64,000 nt of DNA. It comes from an uncultured Thermoleophilia bacterium (GTDB lineage Bacteria > Actinomycetota > Thermoleophilia > UBA2241). Below, one piece after another: positions 1-12,527 of this stretch; the first letter of the stretch is position 1, and each line of letters starts with the position of its first letter. The translations under genes and the position numbers were made by a program. The notes beneath the pieces were generated by a model, which saw only the letters and a program-made list of their open reading frames with translations, did not search any database and had not been told where the DNA came from. Location of the stretch: positions 704,001 through 768,000 of the forward strand of contig CAVPCT010000005.1 in assembly GCA_963702475.1 (NCBI GenBank). Direction: 5' to 3'.

Positions 1-2993
<2,993 letters not shown>

Positions 2994-3117
2994 GTGCTCT
3001 CCGTCGCCGTAAGGGGACGCCGAAAGCCCCGCACGCGGGAGACGCCGGCACGCCGGCGCCGGAGCCCCCCGGTGACGGGGCAGACCGGATTCTACCCGAA
3101 GCGCGACGGGTGGGCGG

Positions 3118-4809
3118 TCAACGGCGCTGCGCCCGGGCCGCCGGCGCGCTCACCTTGAGCACCTGCGCGGAAGGCGACACCTGCTTGTGCCCGGCCACGT
3201 CGTAGGCCCGCCCGACAACCGTGTACGAGCCGGGCGGCAGATCACAACGGAAGCTCCACTCCCGCGACTGGCCCACCTGCACGCCGGGGACACGGGTGCT
3301 CAGCGCCACGACGCCGTGTCCGCTGACCACGGAGAGCGTGACGGTGGCGCTGGTGCTGGAGAAGGCCGGATCGACGACCCGGTAGCGTACGCGCGCCGTG
3401 CCGCCGCGACGCACCGCCGTCGAGCTCACCTTCACGGTAGGGGCCATGAGGTCGCCGGCACCCTCCGCAGCGACGAACGCCTTGAGGCAGACGTCGGCGT
3501 CGGCGAGCCCCGGCAGCCCCGACAGATCGGTCCACTGCACTCCGTCGGGACTGACGAACGACTGGCCCCGCGCGGATGACGGTGCGATGAGGTCGGACGG
3601 CGTCTCGAGGGCGACCGGCTGGTCGCTGCCCGGAGTGGTGAGCCTGACGGCGACCACGAACACCTCCCCTTCCGCGACGTCCGCGGGGGCGGTGAGATCG
3701 ACCGTGTGGTAACCGCCTACCGGGACCGTGCCGCTCACGGCTGGGTCAACGGTGGCGATGCCCTGGACGGACGGCGCCACGCGCACCTCGAACGAGCTGC
3801 CTGCCATCGGCGCGTAGAAGCCGACGGCCCGGACCTGCCCGGTGCCGGCGGCGCGATAGCGGGCCGCGAACCACGCCGTCTCGGCGCCGACCGCGCCGAC
3901 GTGCATGCTGTCACTCCAGCCCAGTGGGTCGTGCTGGTAGATGGCGTCGTAGTCGGTCGGCGCCTCGGCGGCGCAGAAGACCGCCATGTCGCGCCCGAAG
4001 TTGGCGTCGTGGTAGGAGATCCAGAAGTAGCCCTCGTGACCCCAGTCGGTCCCCCAGCTGTTCTTGATGAGGAAAGCGCCGTCGCCTTCCGGCTCATCGC
4101 GGAACGCGGAGGCGGGAAAGCGGTCGTCCCAGCCGACCACGGTGACGTAGTGGTTGAGGAAGAGTCCCGGACTCGTGGAGCGATAGGCCATGGTGCCCGG
4201 GTCGAGGTACTGGTTGTCGAACGCGATGGCGCACGACACGCCACCCACGGTGGACACGGCCCACTTGAGGGCGTCGTTGTCCAGCGGCCCCATGCGCTCG
4301 GGCAGGAACAGCACATCCTGCACGTGGCGCACAGCTCTGAGCCCTTCGGGCGACCTGCCCTTGCGCGGGTACGGGTCGGAGCGCTCGAGCACCGGGCCGT
4401 CCCAGCGCGTGAAATACGCCGCCGCGAGGCGGTTCGTGCCGTGGCCCTCGAAGACGAGCTTCGACGCCATGTGGTTGGCGAGGTTGTTCTCCGAGAAGTC
4501 GTAGACCTGGTCCGGGAGCAGCGAGGACTCCAGCGATGCGATGGCCGCCTGGATCCAGCAGGTGCTGTAGTTCTCCTGCTGGCGTACCGGAGAGACCCTG
4601 CCCGCGTCGCGCAAGTCGAACGACGCCGGGTAGGGGCCGGCGTCACGCCAGGGAGGAGTCTCGGCCGCCGCCACTGAAGAAACGGCGGCGGCGCCGTGGT
4701 CCGTCGCCGCAGACCACGGTGGCGCGGCCCCCACGACGGCACCCCCCGTGAGGGTGCACGCGACCAGCGCGGCCGCGGCCACGAAGAGGCTGCGCGGCCT
4801 CCAGGTCAC
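3118..4809 (-). CDS. Secreted papain-family (C1A) cysteine peptidase with lectin-like and C-terminal beta-sandwich domains
   Basis: N-terminal hydrophobic signal. Catalytic motifs QQENYSTCW, NHYVTVVGWDD and IKNSWG, followed by YDAIYQHDPLGW...CLKAF typical of the Cwp84-like lectin domain. Confidence 0.85.
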   Translation of the reverse strand: MTWRPRSLFVAAAALVACTLTGGAVVGAAPPWSAATDHGAAAVSSVAAAETPPWRDAGPYPASFDLRDAGRVSPVRQQENYSTCWIQAAIASLESSLLPDQVYDFSENNLANHMASKLVFEGHGTNRLAAAYFTRWDGPVLERSDPYPRKGRSPEGLRAVRHVQDVLFLPERMGPLDNDALKWAVSTVGGVSCAIAFDNQYLDPGTMAYRSTSPGLFLNHYVTVVGWDDRFPASAFRDEPEGDGAFLIKNSWGTDWGHEGYFWISYHDANFGRDMAVFCAAEAPTDYDAIYQHDPLGWSDSMHVGAVGAETAWFAARYRAAGTGQVRAVGFYAPMAGSSFEVRVAPSVQGIATVDPAVSGTVPVGGYHTVDLTAPADVAEGEVFVVAVRLTTPGSDQPVALETPSDLIAPSSARGQSFVSPDGVQWTDLSGLPGLADADVCLKAFVAAEGAGDLMAPTVKVSSTAVRRGGTARVRYRVVDPAFSSTSATVTLSVVSGHGVVALSTRVPGVQVGQSREWSFRCDLPPGSYTVVGRAYDVAGHKQVSPSAQVLKVSAPAARAQRR

Positions 4810-4977
4810 GCTTCACCCTGTCCGGGCGGATAGGTCATACAGCCACCTTATCCGCGCAGTCCGAGGGCAAGTCAAGCGCCGCCGCTCGCCGGCGCCGCCG
4901 GCCGGACGCCGCGCGAGCGGCTGGTCCGCCGCCCGCGGTGTCGCAGGCGGGCGCCCGCATCGTAGGATGGGTCCACC

Positions 4978-6378
4978 ATGAGAGGTACGAAGGAGACAAG
5001 GCGGCTGCGCCGCCGGCTGCTCGTCGCGCTGCTCGTGGCCGTGGCGGCCGCGGCGGGGGCCGGGCTGCGCCCGGCCGTGGCCGCGGCGGGCGTCGCCGCG
5101 AAGACGCAGGCAATCCTCCAGAAGAACGGCTTCCGCGGCGGCCTCACCGGCGTCGTCATCTGGGACTTCAGCGCCGGCCGCCTCGTCTATGAGCTCAACA
5201 AGGACGTGATGCTGGCGCCGGCGTCCAACATGAAACTGGTCACCACGCTCTCGGCGCTGACCACCTGGGGCCCCGACCACCGCTTCAAGACCGAGCTGTA
5301 CGGCCCGGACGCGGAGGTGTCCAGCGACGGCGTGCTCGTCGGCGACCTGTACCTCAAGGGCTTCGGCGACCCCAGTCTGTCCACGCGCGACTACCAGCGC
5401 CGCGAGCTCGGGTTCAGGACGGCGTCGTTCGAGAACTTCGCCAAGCGCCTCAAGACGCTCAAGGTGCGCAGGCTCAAGGGCCGCGTGCTCGGGGACGAGA
5501 GCTACTTCGACACCGTGCGCGACGGGCCCACCTGGACCCCGAACCTGCAGCTCGAGAGCGGCACGCTCTCGGCGCTCAGCGGCAACGAGAGCGTGGAGGA
5601 CGGTAGACGGGTCCGTGACCCGGCGCTGTACGCGGCCCGGCTGATGACGCAGGCCCTGCGTGCCCGGGGCATCAAGGTCACGGGAGACCCCGGGGTCGGC
5701 ACGGTGCCCGACACGGCGCGGCTGTACAAGCAGCAGTTCTCCGCGCCGCTCGCGACCCTGCTCAAGCGCCTGGACAAGAACAGCGACAACTTCTTCGCCG
5801 AGATCATCACCAAGGGGTTCGGCAAGCAGGTGATGGGTGTGGGCAGCACCCAGGCCGGCCTGGACGTGTCGCGGCGGACGATGGACGCGATGGGCCGCGA
5901 CCCGGCCTCCTTCGTGCTCGTGGACGGGTCGGGGCTGAGCTACCAGAACCGGCTGACGGCCGCCGGCCTCGCAGTGCTCCTCGGCGCCGCCCGCCAGCGC
6001 ACCGATACGGACGTCTTCTACGACGCCCTCGCCATCGCCGGCGAGGACGGCACGCTGGCGTGGCGCATGGACCACACCGCCGCACAGGGCAACGCCCGCG
6101 CCAAAACGGGGACGCTGTCCATCTCCGTATGTCTCTCGGGCTACGTGACCAGCGCCAACGGGCACAAGATCGGCTACGCCATGCTGCTGGGCGGCGACCC
6201 CGTCGACTGGTACCGGGGCGAGGTCGCCCAGGACCAGGTCGTGGTCATGCTGGCGAAGTCACGTCTGCCCGGCCGCAAAGGGGCGCGCATCTCCCCCACC
6301 ACCCGTCAGATCCCGGTGGGGCCGTCAGACCCCGTTAACCCGGTGGGCGGCTTCCTCGAGCCCGTCGTCCAGCCATAG
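4978..6378 (+). CDS. dacB: D-alanyl-D-alanine carboxypeptidase/endopeptidase (peptidase S13, PBP4)
   Basis: Signal peptide; PASNMK (SxxK), SDN, DGSGLS and KTG motifs. Confidence 0.92.
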   Translation: MRGTKETRRLRRRLLVALLVAVAAAAGAGLRPAVAAAGVAAKTQAILQKNGFRGGLTGVVIWDFSAGRLVYELNKDVMLAPASNMKLVTTLSALTTWGPDHRFKTELYGPDAEVSSDGVLVGDLYLKGFGDPSLSTRDYQRRELGFRTASFENFAKRLKTLKVRRLKGRVLGDESYFDTVRDGPTWTPNLQLESGTLSALSGNESVEDGRRVRDPALYAARLMTQALRARGIKVTGDPGVGTVPDTARLYKQQFSAPLATLLKRLDKNSDNFFAEIITKGFGKQVMGVGSTQAGLDVSRRTMDAMGRDPASFVLVDGSGLSYQNRLTAAGLAVLLGAARQRTDTDVFYDALAIAGEDGTLAWRMDHTAAQGNARAKTGTLSISVCLSGYVTSANGHKIGYAMLLGGDPVDWYRGEVAQDQVVVMLAKSRLPGRKGARISPTTRQIPVGPSDPVNPVGGFLEPVVQP

Positions 6379-6918
6379 CTCAACGGCGTCGGCCGCCGCC
6401 GCCGTGAGGGTGTCGACCTCGGCGCGGCTCTCGCGGAAGGGGCTGAGCACGAAGTCGGCCACCACGTCGGGGTCGGTGCTCGGCGGCCGGTTCACCCCCA
6501 CGCGCAGACGTGCGTAGCCGGCGCCGATGAGGCCGGTGATGCTCTTCAGGCCGTTGTGGCCGCCGCTGCCGCCGCCCTCCATGAGCCGCAGGCGGCCGAA
6601 CGGCAGGTCGATGTGGTCGTGAACGACGAGGATGCGGTCGAGCGGCAGCTTGAGGGCGCGCAGCGCTGCGGCCACGCTGCGGCCCGAGTCGTTCATGAAC
6701 GTGGTGGGCTGCAGCAACAGGACGGACCGGCCGCGCACGAGGCCTTCGGCCACGCGGCCGTCGAAGCCCCTTGTGGCGCGGGGGTAGCGGTGCCGCCGCG
6801 CCAGTTCCTCCACGACGCGGTAGCCGATGTTGTGCGGCGTGCCCTCGTACGTCGGCCCGGGATTTCCCAGGCCGACGACGAGGTACTCGATGCCGTGCTG
6901 CGGGCGAAAGAGCGCCAC
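6325..6918 (-). CDS. pth: Peptidyl-tRNA hydrolase
   Basis: VGLGNPG, HNIG, FMNDSG and GGHNGLKS motifs; downstream of rplY. Confidence 0.95.
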   Translation of the reverse strand: MALFRPQHGIEYLVVGLGNPGPTYEGTPHNIGYRVVEELARRHRYPRATRGFDGRVAEGLVRGRSVLLLQPTTFMNDSGRSVAAALRALKLPLDRILVVHDHIDLPFGRLRLMEGGGSGGHNGLKSITGLIGAGYARLRVGVNRPPSTDPDVVADFVLSPFRESRAEVDTLTAAAADAVELWLDDGLEEAAHRVNGV

Positions 6919-6956
6919 GGCGGAGTCGCCTCAGGCGACGCGCCCGAGAGGGCCTC

Positions 6957-7613
6957 TCAGCCCTCGCCCCCCTGAGCCTCGGCGCCCTTGCCGACGATCT
7001 CCGGCTCGGCCGCCGCGGCCTCCTCCTCGCCCTCCTCGCCCTCGACAGCGGCGCCGCGCGGCGGGATGACCGAGCACAGGACCTCGTCCGGGTCGGCGAT
7101 GATCTCGAGGTCCTCGGGCACCCGCAGCTCACTGACCTTGGCGGTCTGGCCCATTGCCAGCTCGGAGATGTCGAGCACGAGGTGATCAGGGATGGCCGTG
7201 ACCTTGCCCTTGACGGTGACTTCGCGGATGGCCTCCTCGAGCATGCCGCCGGCCTTGACGCCGGGGGACTCGCCCTCGAAGCGCACCGACACCGTGGTCT
7301 CGATGGTCTCGTCCAGGCGGATCTCCTGCAGGTCGACGTGGGTCACCGTGCTCTTGACGGCGTCGTGCTGCATCTCCTTGACGATGGCCTTGTGGGCGCG
7401 CTTGTGGCCGGCGATGGTGACGTCGAGCACGGCGTGGCGGCCGGCCTCGGTGCCCAGCGCCAGGCGGAAGTCGTGCGGGTCGATGGCGATGAGCGTGGCG
7501 CTCTTGCCGTGGCCGTAGAGCACGCCGGGGATGAGTCCGGCGTGACGCAGGCGTCGCGCCGAGCGGCTGCCGGTGGTGTCGCGCGGCTGCACGACGAGGC
7601 TGAACTTGTCCAT
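6957..7613 (-). CDS. rplY: 50S ribosomal protein bL25/Ctc
   Basis: ARRLRHAGLIPGVLYG and HVDL motifs; prs-rplY-pth synteny. Confidence 0.95.
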   Translation of the reverse strand: MDKFSLVVQPRDTTGSRSARRLRHAGLIPGVLYGHGKSATLIAIDPHDFRLALGTEAGRHAVLDVTIAGHKRAHKAIVKEMQHDAVKSTVTHVDLQEIRLDETIETTVSVRFEGESPGVKAGGMLEEAIREVTVKGKVTAIPDHLVLDISELAMGQTAKVSELRVPEDLEIIADPDEVLCSVIPPRGAAVEGEEGEEEAAAAEPEIVGKGAEAQGGEG

Positions 7614-7623
7614 TGGTCGTCTC

Positions 7624-8625
7624 CTAGAAAAGCTGGTTCTCGCCGGCGAACAGCTCGCTCACCGACTCGTCTTCGAACACGTTCTTGATGGTGCTGGCCA
7701 GGGTGTCGGCCACCGAGAGCACCTTGATCTTGCCGTCGAGGGGGCCGGGGTTCACGGGCACCGTGTCGGTGACCACGACCTCCTTGACGGGCGACTCGCG
7801 CAGTCGCTCGAATGCCGGCGGCGAGAAGACGCCGTGCGTGGCCGTCACGTAGACCTCGCAGGCGCCGTTGTCGTACAGGGTCTGTACGGCGTTCACCACA
7901 GAGCCGCCGGTGTCGATCATGTCGTCCACGACGACGGCGATCTTGTCGCGCACGTCGCCGATGAAGTGCATGGTCTCGGCGCGGTTGTGCTCGGGGCGCA
8001 TCTTCGTGAGGACCGCGAGGCCCGTGCCGGGTAGCCGGTTGATGAACCGCTTGGCGAGCTTGACCCCGCCGGCGTCGGCGGAGACGCCGACGATCTGGCG
8101 GCCGCCGAAGTCCTTGTAGCGGAAGTAGTCGGCGAGCATGGGCACGGCGGTCATGTGATCCACGGGGATGGTGAAGAACCCCTGGATCTGGCCCTGATGC
8201 AGGTCCATGGAGAGCACCCGGTCGGCTCCGGCGGCCTCGAGCAGCGTGGCCATGAGGCGCGCGGTGATCGGTTCGCGCGAGGCGCTCTTCTTGTCCTGCC
8301 GGGAGTACGGGAAATAAGGGATGACGGCGGTGACGCGACGGGCCGAGGCCAGCTTGGCGGCCTGGATCATGATGAGTAGCTCCATGACCTCGTCGTTGAT
8401 GTGGCCCTTGCCGCACGGGGACGTGACGATGAAGAGGTCGGTGCCGCGCACGTTCTCCTCGTAGCGCGCGTAGATCTCGCCGTTGGCGAACGTCTCCAGC
8501 TGCACGCCGCCGAGCTGGATGTCCAGCTTCTCGGCGATCTTCTCCGCGAGAGCCTGGTTGCTGCGCCCCGCGAAGAGCTTGAGGCGCTTCTGTGTGGTGA
8601 TCACGCAGCAGGAGGAATCGGCCAC
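7624..8625 (-). CDS. prs: Ribose-phosphate pyrophosphokinase
   Basis: FANGEI, YSRQDKK and VDDMIDTGGS motifs. Start moved to GTG 8625 (GAAGGGG upstream). Confidence 0.95.
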   Translation of the reverse strand: MADSSCCVITTQKRLKLFAGRSNQALAEKIAEKLDIQLGGVQLETFANGEIYARYEENVRGTDLFIVTSPCGKGHINDEVMELLIMIQAAKLASARRVTAVIPYFPYSRQDKKSASREPITARLMATLLEAAGADRVLSMDLHQGQIQGFFTIPVDHMTAVPMLADYFRYKDFGGRQIVGVSADAGGVKLAKRFINRLPGTGLAVLTKMRPEHNRAETMHFIGDVRDKIAVVVDDMIDTGGSVVNAVQTLYDNGACEVYVTATHGVFSPPAFERLRESPVKEVVVTDTVPVNPGPLDGKIKVLSVADTLASTIKNVFEDESVSELFAGENQLF

Positions 8626-8663
8626 CTCGTCCCCTTCCGTGGTCTGACGCCGGCCGAACTGGG

Positions 8664-8672
8664 ATTGTACCA
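8664..8672 (-). promoter_or_regulatory. Putative extended -10 promoter of prs (TGgTACAAT)
   Basis: TGnTACAAT in the glmU-prs gap, about 40 nt upstream of the prs start. Confidence 0.5.
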
Positions 8673-8698
8673 GAGTGAGGACGCCGGGCCCGCGGGCC

Positions 8699-10132
8699 TC
8701 AGGCGTCCTCCCCGCTCTCCTCGAGGAGCCGGCGCGCCGCCCGGCGCTGCGCGTACCCCTCGACGTTCTCCTGCCGGCCGCGCGCCACACCCAGCGCGCC
8801 CGGGGGCACGTCTCGGGTGATCACCGAGCCGGCGGCGGTGAAGGCGCCGTCGCCGAGGGTGACCGGCGCAACCAGCGTGGTGTCGCTGCCGGTGCGCACC
8901 CCGTCGCCGATGGTGGTGGCGTGCTTCTCGAAGCCGTCGTAGTTGGCGGTGATGTTGCCGGCGGCGATGTTGCTGTCGCGGCCGACCACCGCGTCGCCGA
9001 CGTAGCTGAGGTGTGGCACCTTGCTGCCCTCGCCGATGCGGCTGTTCTTGATCTCAACGAACGTGCCCGCCTTGGCGCCCTCGGCGAGCACGGTGTTCGG
9101 GCGGATGAACGCGTAGGGACCGACGCTGCAGTTGGAGCCGATCACGCACTCCGACAGGTTGGAGCTGACCACACGGGCGCAGTCGCCGACGAAGGCGTCG
9201 CGGAGGAAGGCGCCGGGGCCGATCTCGCAGGCGGCGCCGATGGTGGTGCGGCCGAGAAGGTGGGTGCCGGCGCGCACGAGGGTGTCGCGGCCCACCTCCA
9301 CGCCCCAGTCGACGTAGGTGGTGGCGGGGTCCTCGACGGTGACGCCGGCGAGCATGAGGCGCTCGAGCAGACGCCGCCGCATGGCGGCGTTGACGAGCGC
9401 CAGTTCCACGCGCGAGTTGACGCCCATGCACATCTCGGCGTCGTCGCTCTCGTGCGCCACAACGGTGTGCTCGGCGTCGAGGAGCAGGTGCACGACGTCG
9501 GTGAGGTACAGCTCGCCCTGGTCGTTGTCGCCGGTGAGGCGCTGCAGCGCCGGTCGCAGAGCGTCGGACCGAAAGACGTACAGGCCCACGTTGATCTCTT
9601 CGATGGCGCGCTCCGCCGCGTCGGCGTCGCGGTATTCGACGATCCGCGCCACGAGGCCGGCGTCGTCGCGGACCACGCGGCCGTACTGGGCGGGGTCGTC
9701 GAGGCGTACCGTGGTGAGCGTGGCGGCGGCATCGGCCTCGAGGTGCGTGCGCGCGAGAGACTCGACGAAATCCGCGTGCACCAGCGGGACGTCACCGTAG
9801 AGCACCATGACATCGCCTGCGAAGTCGTGCAGGGGCTCGAGCCCGGCGCGCACGGCGTCGCCGGTACCGCGCCGCTCCAGCTGTACCGCGCGTTCGCAGC
9901 CTACCGGCAGGATCTCGGCGATGGCGTCCTGGTCGGGACCGGTGACGACCACGATGCGCGCCGGCGAGACGCGCAGGGTCGCGTCGATGACGTACGACAG
10001 CATGGGCCGCCCGCATACCTGGTGGAGCACCTTGGGGGCCTCGGATTTCATGCGGGTGCCGAGGCCGGCGGCGAGGATGACCACGGCGAGCGGCGGGCGG
10101 CTGGCGGTGGAGTCGTGTGTCATGTGCGTCAC
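8699..10132 (-). CDS. glmU: Bifunctional UDP-GlcNAc pyrophosphorylase / GlcN-1-P acetyltransferase
   Basis: ILAAGLGTRMKS, GELYLTD, hexapeptide repeats, HLSYVGD and NYDG. Start may be ATG 10123. Confidence 0.95.
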   Translation of the reverse strand: MTHMTHDSTASRPPLAVVILAAGLGTRMKSEAPKVLHQVCGRPMLSYVIDATLRVSPARIVVVTGPDQDAIAEILPVGCERAVQLERRGTGDAVRAGLEPLHDFAGDVMVLYGDVPLVHADFVESLARTHLEADAAATLTTVRLDDPAQYGRVVRDDAGLVARIVEYRDADAAERAIEEINVGLYVFRSDALRPALQRLTGDNDQGELYLTDVVHLLLDAEHTVVAHESDDAEMCMGVNSRVELALVNAAMRRRLLERLMLAGVTVEDPATTYVDWGVEVGRDTLVRAGTHLLGRTTIGAACEIGPGAFLRDAFVGDCARVVSSNLSECVIGSNCSVGPYAFIRPNTVLAEGAKAGTFVEIKNSRIGEGSKVPHLSYVGDAVVGRDSNIAAGNITANYDGFEKHATTIGDGVRTGSDTTLVAPVTLGDGAFTAAGSVITRDVPPGALGVARGRQENVEGYAQRRAARRLLEESGEDA

Positions 10133-10169
10133 CTGACGGCGGTGAAGGCGCGGCTGCGCGTTGTGCTGG

Positions 10170-10244
10170 TGGCTGGGGCGGGAGGATTCGAACCTCCGGA
10201 TGCCGGGACCAAAACCCGGTGCCTTACCACTTGGCTACGCCCCA
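10170..10244 (-). tRNA. tRNA-Gln(TTG)
   Basis: TGGGGCGTAGCCAAGTGGTAAGGCACCGGGTTTTGGTCCCGGCATCCGGAGGTTCGAATCCTCCCGCCCCAGCCA folds as a cloverleaf with TTG anticodon, GTTCGAATC T-loop and encoded CCA. Confidence 0.97.
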
Positions 10245-10305
10245 GCGTGATTCGGGGCGCCGCGGGGCGACGGGCGAGGAGCCGGCCGCCGCTCAGCGGC
10301 AGGCT

Positions 10306-10314
10306 ATTGTATCA
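10306..10314 (-). promoter_or_regulatory. Putative extended -10 promoter for tRNA-Gln/glmU (TGaTACAAT, overlaps the ispE stop)
   Basis: TGnTACAAT about 60 nt upstream of the tRNA 5' end. Confidence 0.55.
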
Positions 10315-11427
10315 CCGCCTGCCGGCCGCGCCGCCGGGGCCGCCTGGACGACGGCGGCCGGACGCGCCGCCGGGCGCGCCCTTGCCGGGGCCACCCCCTG
10401 CCGGCCGGCGTTGCGCGCCGGCGGACGGCTTGCCGGAGACGGCGCCTCCCGCTTTGCCGGCGCCGCCGGCTGTGCCGCCGCTCCCGCGGCGGGCGCCGGG
10501 TTGCAGGTCGCCGGCGACCCAGGCGCGCGCGGGGGCGACGGCGGCGCGCGCCTCAGCGGCCGCGTCGGCGTCCGCGAAGAGGCCGAACACCGCGGACCCG
10601 CTGCCGGTCATGGCCGCGGCCAGCGCCCCCGCCGCCTCGAGCCGGCGGCACAGCTCCGCGACCTCCGGCTTGCGCGCCGTCACGCTGGCCTGCAGATCGT
10701 TGTGCACGAGCGCCGCCACGTCGGCGGCCGTCCCGGCCGCCTGGATCTGCGCCGACAGCACCCGCGCGCGCAGCGCGAACTCCTTGAGCGCGGGCTGCGC
10801 GTCCTCGTCGCGCCAGCCGTACACGGCCGCCGTGCTGAGCGCGAGCTCCGGCAGCGCGACGACGAACACGAGCTCGGGGAGCGCGACCTCTTTGAGCACC
10901 TGGCCGCGGCCCATGGCCAGCTGGGGACCGGGCCAGAGGAAGAAGGGCACGTCCGAGCCCACCTCGGCCGCCACTTCGTGGCGGACCTTGTCGGAGAGAC
11001 CGAGGGCGAAGAGCTCCTCGAGTGCGGTGAGCGTGGCGGCGGCGTCCGAGCTGCCCCCGCCCAGGCCGCCGCCGTGCGGCACGCGCTTCTCGATCGTCAC
11101 CCTCACCTCGAAGCTCCGCTCCAGGCGCCGCTCCAGCTCCCGGACGAGCTTCGCGGCCAGGTTCTGCTCGCCGGGCGCGACCTCGCACACGACCTCGAGC
11201 CCGCTGCCGGGAGTGCGTTCCACACGCACCCGGTCGGCGAGCGTGATGGGCACCATGACTGAGGCGATCTCGTGGAAGCCGTCGGGGCGCAGCGGCCCGA
11301 CCAGCAGCGCCAGATTGAGCTTCGCCGGCGCCGTGACCTCGACCAGCGCGCGCGTACCGTTCCCGCTCGCTGGGTGGTGCTGCTGCACCGCACCGTTCGC
11401 CGAGCCCGCTTCGTCGCTGCGCGTCAT
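10312..11427 (-). CDS. ispE: 4-diphosphocytidyl-2-C-methyl-D-erythritol kinase with Gly/Arg/Pro-rich C-terminal tail
   Basis: APAKLNL, GLGGGSSDAA, GSDVPF, NDL and MTGSGS motifs. ATG 11427 overlaps the rsmA stop (ATGA). Confidence 0.92.
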   Translation of the reverse strand: MTRSDEAGSANGAVQQHHPASGNGTRALVEVTAPAKLNLALLVGPLRPDGFHEIASVMVPITLADRVRVERTPGSGLEVVCEVAPGEQNLAAKLVRELERRLERSFEVRVTIEKRVPHGGGLGGGSSDAAATLTALEELFALGLSDKVRHEVAAEVGSDVPFFLWPGPQLAMGRGQVLKEVALPELVFVVALPELALSTAAVYGWRDEDAQPALKEFALRARVLSAQIQAAGTAADVAALVHNDLQASVTARKPEVAELCRRLEAAGALAAAMTGSGSAVFGLFADADAAAEARAAVAPARAWVAGDLQPGARRGSGGTAGGAGKAGGAVSGKPSAGAQRRPAGGGPGKGAPGGASGRRRPGGPGGAAGRR

Positions 11428-12413
11428 GCGCCGACCTCCGTGTCCGATGATGGCACGACGTGGCCGGGTGGCGGGACGTCGCCTCCGCCTGGCGCGCTGC
11501 TCCCGGCCGCCGCAGGCAGCCAACCGGTGAGCCGGGCGAACGCCGCCCAGCGGCCCGGTGACAGCTCCTCGGGCCGGGCCGAGGCGGTCAGGCCGAGCTC
11601 CGCGAGGGCGCGACGCACGGCGTCACGCGAGAGCGTGACGCCGCCACGCGCCGCGCCGGCCAGCGTGTTGGTGAGGACCTTGCGGCGCTGCCCGAAAGCG
11701 AGACGGACGAGCCGGTCCACGGCCTCGTACTCGGCCGGCGAGAGAAGGGCGAGGTCACCGAGAGTCCCGTCGCCCGGCTCCGCGGCGCGAGCCGGCCGCC
11801 CGTCGCCCGGCTCTCGCCGCACGAACGTGACGAAGCACGACTCGACGCGCGGCCGCGGACGGAAGGCGGAGGCGGGCACCGCCCGCGTCTCGACCCGGCG
11901 ACAGACGAGCTGCACCAGGACGGAGACGGCCGCGTACGCCTTGGTGGACGGCTCCGCGAAGAGGCGCTCGGCCAGTTCCCGCTGCACCATCACTCCCCAG
12001 CGTCGTACCGAGGGCAGCTCGGCGATGCTGGTCATGATCAGCGGGATGGCGATGTTGTAGGCGAGATTGGCCACGAGCGCCGTGGGCGCCGGGTCGAGGG
12101 CGGTGAGGTCGGCTTTGAGCGCGTCGCCCTCGTGCACGCGCAGGTTGGGGTGCTCGGCCGCGAGGCGCGCGAGGCGCGCGTGATAGCGGCGGTCGATCTC
12201 GAACGCGTGCACCAGCGACGCGCGCTGCAACAGGGGCCGCGTGAGCTGGCCGTCGGCGGCCCCCACCTCGAGCACCACGTCGTCGGGCGCCACCGCGGCC
12301 TGCGCCACGATGGCGGCGAGGATGTTGCGGTCCACAAGGTGGTTCTGGCCGTACCGCCGCAGCGCGTGCGGACGCGGCGGGCGACCGCGATCTGGAGGTG
12401 CGTCCGGCATCAC
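11424..12413 (-). CDS. rsmA: 16S rRNA m6,2A1518/1519 dimethyltransferase
   Basis: GQNHL, VLEVG, ANLAYNI, MVQRE and AFGQRRK motifs; tatD-rsmA-ispE synteny. Confidence 0.92.
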   Translation of the reverse strand: MMPDAPPDRGRPPRPHALRRYGQNHLVDRNILAAIVAQAAVAPDDVVLEVGAADGQLTRPLLQRASLVHAFEIDRRYHARLARLAAEHPNLRVHEGDALKADLTALDPAPTALVANLAYNIAIPLIMTSIAELPSVRRWGVMVQRELAERLFAEPSTKAYAAVSVLVQLVCRRVETRAVPASAFRPRPRVESCFVTFVRREPGDGRPARAAEPGDGTLGDLALLSPAEYEAVDRLVRLAFGQRRKVLTNTLAGAARGGVTLSRDAVRRALAELGLTASARPEELSPGRWAAFARLTGWLPAAAGSSAPGGGDVPPPGHVVPSSDTEVGA

Positions 12414-12527
12414 GACCCGGCTTTCGGCCCGGCCGGCCGCCTCGGGCGCGGCCCCAGCGCGCGCACCACGCGCGGCCGGGCCCCGCCGGGGCAGGCGCCT
12501 TCGCCGGCGCCGGGCCCGCCGGCCACG

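Noticed and set aside
2994-3117. GC-rich hairpins in the mfd leader as a riboswitch
   Set aside because: No recognisable conserved motif; short stems are expected at this GC content.
10167-10172. tRNA-Gln followed by genomic CCACCA (resembles the tRNA degradation tag)
   Set aside because: That tag is added post-transcriptionally to unstable tRNAs. A second CCA in the trailer is likely chance and would be trimmed.
10140-10250. tRNA as an integration site for a mobile element
   Set aside because: No integrase or duplicated tRNA 3' end was seen; the flanks are the housekeeping genes ispE and glmU.
11765-11815. 15-bp direct repeat inside rsmA (EPGDG twice)
   Set aside because: Small in-frame loop duplication with no evidence of function.
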